A stretch of 64,000 nt of DNA from Oscillospiraceae bacterium. Its GTDB lineage: Bacteria; Bacillota; Clostridia; Oscillospirales; Ruminococcaceae. Below are positions 19,419-26,894 of this stretch, in pieces. Each line of letters starts with the position of its first letter. Position 1 is the first letter of the stretch. The DNA is taken from contig JAFUNR010000050.1 in the NCBI GenBank assembly GCA_017472965.1, forward strand, positions 22,112 to 86,111, given 5' to 3'. Both the position numbers and the translations under genes were made by a program. A model generated the notes under the pieces. The model ran no database searches and had not been told where the DNA came from. It saw only the letters and a list, made by a program, of their open reading frames with translations.

Positions 19419-20960
19419 ATGTCCGAATTTCCTGTAAACGAGCCGATGGATACCCCACAGAGCCCTGCGGAAACTCCGTCGGAGAATGCTGCCGCCGAAA
19501 CCGCTGCGGCAGACGCTTTCGCAAAGGAGAATGTGGATTTTGCCCAGCGCCTTGCCGCTGCCGCCGAACAGATGAAGGCTGCCGTGGCTGCGGAGGAAGC
19601 CCCTGCGGAGGAGGCTTGCGCCGAAGCGGCTGCAAAGGAAGATGCATCCGTCCGGCAGGAGGGTGAGGTCCCCGCTGCGGAAGAAAGCCCTGCAGAGGAA
19701 GCCGCTGCGGAAGAAACCCCTGTGGAGGAAACCCCTATGGAAGAAACCCCTGTGGAGGAAGTCACTTCCGCAAAGCCGGCCTATGCCATGCCGGCCCCCG
19801 CAAAGAAGAATTCCCGCAATCCCGGCGGGGTCTGGGGCATTATCATCGGCGTGACGCTGGGCGCGCTTTGCTGTGCCTGTATCGCCATGCTGGCAGGCCT
19901 TGCCGTCAGCGCCGGCCGCGGCGTCATCCGTCCTGCGCCGGGCGCACAGCAGAACCAGCAGTCCCAGCAGCAGACGCCCGCCGACCCTGATGCCTCTCTG
20001 CAGGTGCACGAGGTGCCCCGCGAGGAGGACGGCTTCACCACCCAGTATATCGCGGATCAGGTGCGTGACAGCGTGGTCGGTATTCTGATCTATGACGGCT
20101 TCGGTCTGGAGGCTGCCGGCGGCGGTACCGGTATTGTGATGAGCGAGGACGGCTACATCATCACCAATGCCCATGTTGTGGTGGATGCCACCGGCCTGAC
20201 GGTGGTCATGCATGACGAAAGCCGCTATACCGCCCGCGTGGTGGGCTATGACGAAAAGACGGATCTGGCCGTTATCAAGATCAATGCCACCGGCCTGAAG
20301 CCCGCCGAATTCGGCGATTCCGATGCGGTGGTGGTGGGCGAGAAAGCCGTTGCCATCGGCAATCCCGGCGGTCTTGCGGGCAGTGTTTCGCAGGGCATCA
20401 TTTCCGGTCTCAACCGTGAGATCACCATCACCCTTTCCGACAACACCGTCGCCAGTATGAATGTTATCCAGACCGATGCTGCTATCAACCCCGGCAATTC
20501 CGGCGGCCCGCTGCTCAATGCCTGGGGGCAGGTCATCGGCATCAATTCCTCCAAGATCGTGGCAAGCGGCTACGAGGGCATTGGTTTCTCCATCCCCGTC
20601 AACGAGGCCAAGCCCATCATCGATAACCTGATCCAGTACGGCTATGTCAAGGACCGCGCCGTGCTGGGCATCTCGGTCATCGCACTGGATGCCACCAACG
20701 GCCCTGCCAACGGTCTGCCCAGTCAGGGATTGTATATCGCCTCCATTGCGGAGTACAGCGATATGCTCAACCACGGCATCGAGCCGGGCGATGTCATCCT
20801 CAAGGCCAACGGCCGCGAGATGATCACCACGGATGACCTGACGGAGGAACTGAAAAGCTTCCGCCCGGGCGATACCATCCGCATGGAGATCCTGCACTCC
20901 TACAACAACAATGTTATCACAGTGGATGTGCTGCTGAAGGATTCCAAAGCCGGCGAATGA
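19419..20960 (+). CDS. htrA: HtrA/DegP-family S1C serine protease with a PDZ domain, an N-terminal acidic Pro/Glu/Ala-rich tail and a single TM
   Basis: Catalytic triad contexts TNAHVV, DLAVIKI, GNSGGPLL. C-terminal PDZ-like region. GAGGAGG RBS. Confidence 0.9.
   Translation: MSEFPVNEPMDTPQSPAETPSENAAAETAAADAFAKENVDFAQRLAAAAEQMKAAVAAEEAPAEEACAEAAAKEDASVRQEGEVPAAEESPAEEAAAEETPVEETPMEETPVEEVTSAKPAYAMPAPAKKNSRNPGGVWGIIIGVTLGALCCACIAMLAGLAVSAGRGVIRPAPGAQQNQQSQQQTPADPDASLQVHEVPREEDGFTTQYIADQVRDSVVGILIYDGFGLEAAGGGTGIVMSEDGYIITNAHVVVDATGLTVVMHDESRYTARVVGYDEKTDLAVIKINATGLKPAEFGDSDAVVVGEKAVAIGNPGGLAGSVSQGIISGLNREITITLSDNTVASMNVIQTDAAINPGNSGGPLLNAWGQVIGINSSKIVASGYEGIGFSIPVNEAKPIIDNLIQYGYVKDRAVLGISVIALDATNGPANGLPSQGLYIASIAEYSDMLNHGIEPGDVILKANGREMITTDDLTEELKSFRPGDTIRMEILHSYNNNVITVDVLLKDSKAGE
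19710..19760 (+). repeat. In-frame 15-nt tandem repeat (3.4 copies) encoding EETPV/EETPM units inside the htrA 5' region
   Basis: GAAGAAACCCCTGTG / GAGGAAACCCCTATG / GAAGAAACCCCTGTG / GAGGAA, read directly from the sequence. Confidence 0.8.
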
Positions 20961-20987
20961 GTTCCCGGACAGCTCAGACAACAGAAG

Positions 20988-21017
20988 ACCGGTGTGCCTC
21001 AGGGCATGCCGGTTTTT
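20988..21017 (+). terminator. Candidate intrinsic terminator after htrA
   Basis: ACCGG-TG-TGCC / GGCA-TG-CCGGT stem with a 2-nt internal mismatch, followed by TTTTTC. Confidence 0.55.
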
Positions 21018-21080
21018 CATGTGAAAATCGCTCAAAATTGTGAAATTCTGTGGTGTTTTGCCGGAATACCGGCATTTCTC

Positions 21081-21109
21081 TTGCTTTTTTATGCCGTATT
21101 TGTTATAAT
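21081..21109 (+). promoter_or_regulatory. Candidate sigma-70 promoter (TTGCTT-17-TATAAT) for the rpe operon
   Basis: TTGCTT at 21081-21086, a 17-nt spacer, TATAAT at 21104-21109, in an AT-rich intergenic segment. Confidence 0.55.
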
Positions 21110-21203
21110 TTTGTTACCTATACCGATAATAAAAGGGGAAGTGCGCCCTTTTTTCGGACAGGAATCCAAAAGGCGGCGCCGGTCGCCGGGGAAAGGTCAG
21201 ACA

Positions 21204-21872
21204 ATGCTGAAAAAAAACGAAAAGGGCGGGGTTCTTGTGGCACCGTCCATTCTGGCGGCGGATTTCGCCGCACTGGGGCAGGACTGCCGCCGCATTCTGG
21301 ATGCCGGTGCGGACTGGCTTCATATTGATGTGATGGACGGGGATTTTGTGCCCAATATCTCGCTGGGTGTGCCGGTGCTGCAGTGCCTGCACAAAGCGGT
21401 AGATGCGGTGTACGATGTGCACCTGATGATCCGTCACCCTCATGCGTATATCAAACAGTTTGCCGCCGCCGGTGCGGACTGGATCACTTTCCATGCGGAG
21501 GCAGCATCCTCTGTTCCGCAGACGCTGGAAGCCATCCATGCCGCCGGCTGCAAAGCCGGGATCGTGCTCAAGCCGGCTACGCCGGCGGATGCCATCCTGC
21601 CGTGGCTGGCCGATACCGATCTGGTGCTGGTGATGACGGTGGAGCCCGGCTTCGGCGGTCAGTCCTTTATGCCCGACCAGCTTTCCAAGATCCGGCGCCT
21701 TGCCGATGAGCGCGCCGCCCGCGGGCTGGATTTTCTCATTGAGGTGGACGGCGGTGTCAACGCCGTCACCGCTGCGCAGTGCCGCGCTGCCGGTGCGGAT
21801 GTACTGGTGGCGGGCAGCGCCGTGTTCGGTGCGGCCGATCCCGCCGCCGCCGTGGCGGCCATCCGGGGCTGA
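21204..21872 (+). CDS. rpe: Ribulose-phosphate 3-epimerase. Start at MLKKNEKGG.
   Basis: PSILAADF, HIDVMDGDFVPN, MTVEPGFGGQ and VDGG motifs. Confidence 0.92.
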   Translation: MLKKNEKGGVLVAPSILAADFAALGQDCRRILDAGADWLHIDVMDGDFVPNISLGVPVLQCLHKAVDAVYDVHLMIRHPHAYIKQFAAAGADWITFHAEAASSVPQTLEAIHAAGCKAGIVLKPATPADAILPWLADTDLVLVMTVEPGFGGQSFMPDQLSKIRRLADERAARGLDFLIEVDGGVNAVTAAQCRAAGADVLVAGSAVFGAADPAAAVAAIRG

Positions 21873-21927
21873 TCCTTTGCGGACTGCCGCCGGAAACCCA
21901 TTCATTGATTTGTAAGGAACGTGTTTT

Positions 21928-22929
21928 ATGAGCCATTTGAAGATCATTTCCTATGCGGATCTGTACAGCAGGGCCCGCGCCAATGCAAGGGCACGTCTGG
22001 CTGCAGTGTGTCCGCTGCTGGTGATGGCGGTCTATCTGTACGGCCCGCGTCCGCTGGTGCTGGCCGCCGTGGCTGCAGTCACCGCCGTGCTGTGCGATCT
22101 GCTGGCCTGTGCCATGCGCCGCCGCAGCTGGGATCGGGGCGATGTCTCCAGTATCCTGTTCGGTGTGCTGCTGGTGTGTCTGCTGCCCGCATCGGTGCCG
22201 TACCATGTGGTCGTGGTCAGTGTTGCCACAGCCATTCTGGTGGGCAAGCATCTGTTCGGCGGTGCGGAAAGCTACCCTTTCCATCCCGCCGCGCTGGGCT
22301 ATCTGATCGCTGTGATCAGCTGGCCGGTGCAGGTGCTCTCTTTTCCTGCGCCGCTCACGCCGCTGCCGCTGGGCAACACCGTGTATTTCACTGCGGTGAA
22401 TACGCCGGCTGAAACGCTCAAGCTGGGCGGTCTGCCCAATATCGGCGGCATCCATGTGCTGCTGGGCGATTTTGCCGGCCCTCTGGGGGCCTGTGCCGCT
22501 ATTGTGGTGCTGGCCTGCGGTCTGACGCTGGCTGCCGTGCGCCGGTTCGATCTGGCAGGCGGCCTTTCCTTTGCGGTGGGCTGTACCGCTGTGTGCTGGC
22601 TGGTGCCCCGCATTGCCGGCGTGGACCGTGTGGATCTGCTCACTATGGAGCTGATGGTCTGCGGTCTTGCTTTCGGTGCGGTTTTTCTGATCCAGGACGA
22701 GATCACGGCCCCGCGTACCCTGCCGGCCCGCGTGCTGTACGGTCTGGTAGCGGGTGTGTTCGCCATGGGCTATCAGTATTACGGTTCGTATCCCTACGGC
22801 GTGTGTTTCGGCGTGCTGTGTGCCAACGCCGTTTCCGGCTTTCTGGAGCACGCCGATATCGCTGTGCGCAGCCGGATCCTGAATGTCGGGAAAAAGCCGG
22901 GAAAGGGGGCGGTCGGAAATGATCGATAA
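21928..22929 (+). CDS. RnfD/NqrB-family membrane protein (divergent)
   Basis: FGGAESYPFHPAALGYLIAVISWP and FLIQDEITAPRT...GYQYYGSYPYGVCFGVLCAN align to conserved RnfD/NqrB blocks as I recall them. Polytopic. Confidence 0.8.
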   Translation: MSHLKIISYADLYSRARANARARLAAVCPLLVMAVYLYGPRPLVLAAVAAVTAVLCDLLACAMRRRSWDRGDVSSILFGVLLVCLLPASVPYHVVVVSVATAILVGKHLFGGAESYPFHPAALGYLIAVISWPVQVLSFPAPLTPLPLGNTVYFTAVNTPAETLKLGGLPNIGGIHVLLGDFAGPLGACAAIVVLACGLTLAAVRRFDLAGGLSFAVGCTAVCWLVPRIAGVDRVDLLTMELMVCGLAFGAVFLIQDEITAPRTLPARVLYGLVAGVFAMGYQYYGSYPYGVCFGVLCANAVSGFLEHADIAVRSRILNVGKKPGKGAVGNDR

Positions 22930-23554
22930 GCTTCGCGGCTATTATGCCATCAACCGGGATGTTCTGGAAAATCGCGACCGTATCTTTCTGAATAATCCTG
23001 TTGTCATGCAGGGCATGGGTCTTGTGCCCATCGTGGCGGTGAGCAACACCCTGCGCGATGCCTGCATCATGGGTCTGGCGGTATTGCTGCTGCTCACTCC
23101 CACCCGTATCGTGGCGGCATTTCTTTCCCGCAGCACCCATTTCCGCTTCCGCGCGGTGGCGTATTCCGTCACCAGCGCGCTGATCTATGCCCTTGTCAGC
23201 TGGCTGATCGTGGATGTTTTCAAGCTGCCCACACAGGCCATCGGCCTGTATCTGCCGGTGCTGGTGCTGGAGCCGCTGATCATCAAGCGCTATGCCCGTA
23301 CCGGTACCGAGCGCATGGGCAACGCCACCACCAAGGGATTGATTACCACGGTGGGTTTTCTGCTGGTGATGTTCCTGACCGCTGCCTGCCGTGAGCTTCT
23401 GGGCGCGGGCACCTTTTTCGGTATCCGTGTGTTTGCGAATGCTCCCGTACCGTACCTGTATTTCCTCGGCGGCGGCTTCATCTTTGTGGGTGTCTTCATC
23501 GCACTGTGGCGCAATCTGGTGCAGATCTTCAAGGAGGGGGCGAAAAAAGCATGA
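22919..23554 (+). CDS. RnfE/NqrD-like membrane protein (divergent; both conserved Cys absent). Start at MIDKLRGYY.
   Basis: FLNNPVVMQGMGLVPIVAVS and LYLPVLVLEPLIIKRYA align to the RnfE blocks NNPvlvqlLGlCP and PLIvvNCiiLgRa. Overlaps the preceding gene by 11 nt. Confidence 0.7.
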   Translation: MIDKLRGYYAINRDVLENRDRIFLNNPVVMQGMGLVPIVAVSNTLRDACIMGLAVLLLLTPTRIVAAFLSRSTHFRFRAVAYSVTSALIYALVSWLIVDVFKLPTQAIGLYLPVLVLEPLIIKRYARTGTERMGNATTKGLITTVGFLLVMFLTAACRELLGAGTFFGIRVFANAPVPYLYFLGGGFIFVGVFIALWRNLVQIFKEGAKKA

Positions 23555-24180
23555 CCATCGCCAATTCCATCTTTACCGGTACGCTGGGCGGTCTGATCCT
23601 GCACGCCCTGTATGCGATGCTTTCCCAGAATGCGGTTCTGGGCCGTGGCCTGGGCTCCTCCCGCATGACCAAGCTGGTCAACGACGAGGACGGCGATGCC
23701 GGTGTTTTCTGTGTGCTGCTTTTTGTGGTGCAGGTGCTTTCCGGCGCGTTGAGCTGGCTGGCAGGACAGACCGTGCTGCCGCTGTTGGGCGCGGCCCGTG
23801 TTCACCTGCGTCCGCTGGTGCTGGTGCTGTGCATCAGCGTTGTGTTTTTCTTTCTGTTTCTGGTGGTGGTCCGGCTGTTTCCTACCGAGGCGGCACGCCG
23901 CGTGGCGCGACAGCTGCCCATCGCCGCCTTCAACTGCAGTGTGCTGGGTACGCTGCTGCTCATGGGGAACCAGAGCTATGATTTTCTGCAGACGCTGGCC
24001 TTCAGCGCCGGCAGTGCCATCGGCTATATGCTGGCGCTGCTGATGATGATCGAGGGTAACCGCAAGCTTAAAAGGGCCGATTTGCCCGAAAGCTTCCGCG
24101 GCCTGCCTTCTACGCTGGTGTATCTGGGCATCCTTTCGCTGCTGATCTATGCGTTTACCGGGCACGGTCTGTCGGTGTAA
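23551..24180 (+). CDS. RnfA/NqrE-like membrane protein (divergent). Start at MTIANSIF.
   Basis: SQNAVLGRGLGSS and LPIAAFNCSVLGTLL align to the RnfA blocks nNfvL..LGiCP and PLIttNCaVLG. ATGA start/stop overlap with the preceding gene. Confidence 0.7.
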   Translation: MTIANSIFTGTLGGLILHALYAMLSQNAVLGRGLGSSRMTKLVNDEDGDAGVFCVLLFVVQVLSGALSWLAGQTVLPLLGAARVHLRPLVLVLCISVVFFFLFLVVVRLFPTEAARRVARQLPIAAFNCSVLGTLLLMGNQSYDFLQTLAFSAGSAIGYMLALLMMIEGNRKLKRADLPESFRGLPSTLVYLGILSLLIYAFTGHGLSV

Positions 24181-24195
24181 AACACCTGCGCTGTT

Positions 24196-24225
24196 AAAAA
24201 GACCCCGACCGGGGTATACTTTTTG
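24196..24225 (+). terminator. Candidate intrinsic terminator after the rnfA-like gene
   Basis: AAAAAG-ACCCC-GACC-GGGGT-ATACTTTTT: a short GC stem followed by a T-run. Confidence 0.5.
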
Positions 24226-24315
24226 AAAAAGCGTGAAGGAAAATTCTCCCCGGCGCCGTTTATTCCTGCGGGCGAAGTTTTTTTTCGCCCATCATATTTC
24301 TGGAGGAATTTACCC

Positions 24316-25527
24316 ATGGCAAAGAAAGCTATGAAGATCAAGCGCTACCGTTCCGTCAGCGGCGCCGGAAGAAAGCGCGGCAGTGTGGTGGTGCGGCTGC
24401 TTGTGCTTCTGCTCCTCGCAGGCGTCATTTTTGCCATCGGCTGGTTTGGCGCCTCCCGCTGCATCGATGCCATCACAGAGTTCTGGTATACCCACATCTC
24501 AGTCAGCCGTCCCGCACAGGAGGATCCGGTGCAGCCCGCCGATGACAGCACTGTGACCGGGAGCTCCGAAACCGAGCCTGAATCCCGACCGGAGCCTCCG
24601 GCGGAAACCGAGCCCGTCACCGACGATGCGGGTACATGGGGCGAGGTGGCTCTCTCTGCGCTGAATACCGAGGAGACACTGCGTACGGCGCTTTCGGTGC
24701 TGTCGCAGTCCGGTGCGGATCATGCGGTGCTCACCCTGAAGGATGACCGCGGCTATGTTTATTACGATTCCGGCGTGGAGATGGCCGCCGATGCGGTGCG
24801 TGCGCAGGCGGATATTGCCCTGTTTGTGCGTTTGTGTGATGAATACGGCCTTGCTCCCTGCGCCCGTCTGGAGGTTTTCCGCGATCCTCTGACCGCCTAT
24901 GCCCGCCGCGATGCCGCCGTGCATTTTGAGCGCGAGGGCGTGCTTTGGCTGGATACCTCTGCCGAGCTGGGCGGCAAGCCCTGGCTCAACCCCTACAGCG
25001 CCGATGCGCGCAGCTATGCGGCGGCACTGGCGCAGGAACTCGCCGCCGCCGGCATGACGGATATCCTGTTTTCCGGCGTGCAGTTCCCCAGCGGCTATGC
25101 GCTGGAATTCTGCTATTACGGCGAGAGCGCTGCGCAGCTTTCCCGTACCGACTGTCTGCGTGAGTGCGTGGCGATGCTGCACAGTGCAGCGGAGCAGGCA
25201 GGCGCAAATGCATGGTTTATCTGGCCTGCGGATGCGGCGCTCTCCGGTACGGATGTTTCGATGGTGTACGGTGATGGCCCTGCGGCGCTGGGCGCACAGC
25301 GCATCCTGCTGGAGGTGCAGGCCGTGCGCAATGCCGAGGGCATCCTGCAGCTGCCGGAAGCGGATGCAGCCGCACTGAGTGACTTCGCTGCTGCCGCCGG
25401 CGAAAAGGGCACGCAGCGCTTTGCGCTGGATCTTGGCGCACTTGCTGCCGATCCCGCGCTGGAAAACAGCTGGCTGCAGGCCGCACAGGCTGCAGGCTTC
25501 ACCCATTTTGAGAAAACTCTGCCGTAA
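24316..25527 (+). CDS. Hypothetical membrane-anchored protein (N-terminal TM, acidic Pro/Glu/Thr linker, about 280-aa C-terminal domain, possibly a glycoside-hydrolase-like TIM barrel). Start at MAKKAMKIK.
   Basis: GGAGGA RBS 8 nt upstream of the ATG at 24316. Basic N-terminus plus a hydrophobic helix. No motif I can assign with certainty. Confidence 0.5.
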   Translation: MAKKAMKIKRYRSVSGAGRKRGSVVVRLLVLLLLAGVIFAIGWFGASRCIDAITEFWYTHISVSRPAQEDPVQPADDSTVTGSSETEPESRPEPPAETEPVTDDAGTWGEVALSALNTEETLRTALSVLSQSGADHAVLTLKDDRGYVYYDSGVEMAADAVRAQADIALFVRLCDEYGLAPCARLEVFRDPLTAYARRDAAVHFEREGVLWLDTSAELGGKPWLNPYSADARSYAAALAQELAAAGMTDILFSGVQFPSGYALEFCYYGESAAQLSRTDCLRECVAMLHSAAEQAGANAWFIWPADAALSGTDVSMVYGDGPAALGAQRILLEVQAVRNAEGILQLPEADAAALSDFAAAAGEKGTQRFALDLGALAADPALENSWLQAAQAAGFTHFEKTLP

Positions 25528-25742
25528 AAACGGCTTGCACCGCCGAAAATATCCGCAGAAAAGGTCACATAAACAGGAAAGAATCGGTTTTTAAAGCTTT
25601 TTCTGCGGTATTTTGTGGAAAACGACTTCCTTTTTTGTTCCAAATCGTGTATACTGTATTAGTTACAACATACCCTTTGCGAAAACGGGTATACCGAGAT
25701 AAAAACGAAGAACCAACGGTAAATACAGGAGGAGCAGCAGTC

Positions 25743-26894
25743 ATGAGCACCAAAAATGTACAGGAGTTTTTCACACAGCAGCACAGTACCGACACCAACG
25801 AGCTTGGCCTGATCGTTCTGAAGGGCGCATCCGAGCTGGGCGACAAGGTGGACGGTCACCTGACCCGCTGGGCGGCCGAAGGCGGCAACCCCCGTGACAC
25901 TTTCGTTATTCCGAGCGAATGCCCCCGCTTTTCCTCCGGCGACGGCAAGGGCCTGATCCGCAGCACCGTGCGCGGCAAGGATCTGTTCTTCCTGGTCGAT
26001 GTGGGCAACTACAGCGTTAAGTATAAAATGTACGGTCTGGAGAATTGCATGTCTCCCGACGATCACTTTCAGGATCTGAAGCGTCTGATCCAGGCTGCCA
26101 ACGGCAAGGCCGAGCGTATCACGGTCATCATGCCCAGCCTGTACGGTTCCCGTCAGCACCGCCGCAACTACCGCGAGAGTCTGGACTGCGCCGCTGCGCT
26201 GCAGGAGCTGCATGCCATGGGCGTTGCCAACATCATCACCTTTGATGCCCATGATCCCCGTGTGCAGAATGCGGTTCCTCTGATGAGCATCGACAATGTC
26301 ATGCCCACCTATCAGGTGCTGAAGTGCATGATCCGTGAGCTGCCCGATCTGCAGCTGGACCGCGAGAACTTCATGGTCGTCAGCCCCGATGAAGGCGCTC
26401 TGAACCGCAATATGTATTATGCCAGCGTGCTGGGCGTGGATCTGGGTATGTTCTACAAGCGCCGCGATTACTCCCGCGTGGTCAACGGCCGCAACCCCAT
26501 CGTTGCTCATGAGTATCTGGGCAACAGCGTAGAGGGTAAGGATGTGTTCATCGCCGATGACATCATCTCCTCCGGCGAGAGCATGCTGGATATCGCCTAT
26601 GCCCTCAAGAAGCAGAATGCCCGCCGCATCTATACTTACGCCACCTACACCATTTTCACCAACGGTCTGGAGGCGTTTGACAAGGCCTATGCCGAGGGTG
26701 TGATCGACGGCGTATTCGGCACCAACCTGACCTATCTGCGTCCCGAGCTGGCTGACCGTCCCTGGTTCCACAAGGTGGATGTATCCAAGTACATCGCCTA
26801 TTTTGTCGCCGCTCTGAACCATAACATCTCGGTGAGCGAGATCATTGATCCGCACGAGAAAATCAAAGCTTTACTGGAGAAAAATAAGAAATGA
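25743..26894 (+). CDS. prs: Ribose-phosphate pyrophosphokinase family protein (long form). Start at MSTKNVQEF.
   Basis: Prs motifs: RQHRR-type flexible loop (YGSRQHRRN), ITFDAHD, VSPDEGA, and the PRPP-binding DDIISSGES. AGGAGG RBS. Confidence 0.85.
   Translation: MSTKNVQEFFTQQHSTDTNELGLIVLKGASELGDKVDGHLTRWAAEGGNPRDTFVIPSECPRFSSGDGKGLIRSTVRGKDLFFLVDVGNYSVKYKMYGLENCMSPDDHFQDLKRLIQAANGKAERITVIMPSLYGSRQHRRNYRESLDCAAALQELHAMGVANIITFDAHDPRVQNAVPLMSIDNVMPTYQVLKCMIRELPDLQLDRENFMVVSPDEGALNRNMYYASVLGVDLGMFYKRRDYSRVVNGRNPIVAHEYLGNSVEGKDVFIADDIISSGESMLDIAYALKKQNARRIYTYATYTIFTNGLEAFDKAYAEGVIDGVFGTNLTYLRPELADRPWFHKVDVSKYIAYFVAALNHNISVSEIIDPHEKIKALLEKNKK

Noticed and set aside
19640-19770. Repetitive DNA in the htrA 5' region as a CRISPR-like or VNTR intergenic array.
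   Set aside because: The repeats are 15 nt, in frame and coding (EETPV units). There are no spacers of CRISPR size and no cas genes.
20994-21203. N-terminal extensions of ORF-track entries, for example rpe from 20994, prs from 25635, the metallophosphoesterase from 16028, HAD from 29108, dut from 50925 and nrdG from 50296.
   Set aside because: Internal ATGs preceded by good Shine-Dalgarno sequences coincide with the family-typical N-termini. The extensions run through promoters, terminators or upstream genes.
21928-24180. Interpreting the rnfD/E/A-like genes as a fragment of a normal rnfCDGEAB operon split by the window or by misassembly.
   Set aside because: Both flanks are inside the window and encode unrelated proteins (rpe upstream, an anchored hypothetical protein downstream). 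The three genes overlap one another tightly, so the triad looks like a self-contained unit.
25660-25700. The hairpin ATACCC-11 nt-GGGTAT in the prs leader as a riboswitch.
   Set aside because: It is a short 6-bp stem with no flanking conserved-looking elements, and I know of no riboswitch class that matches it. Most likely it is an incidental structure.
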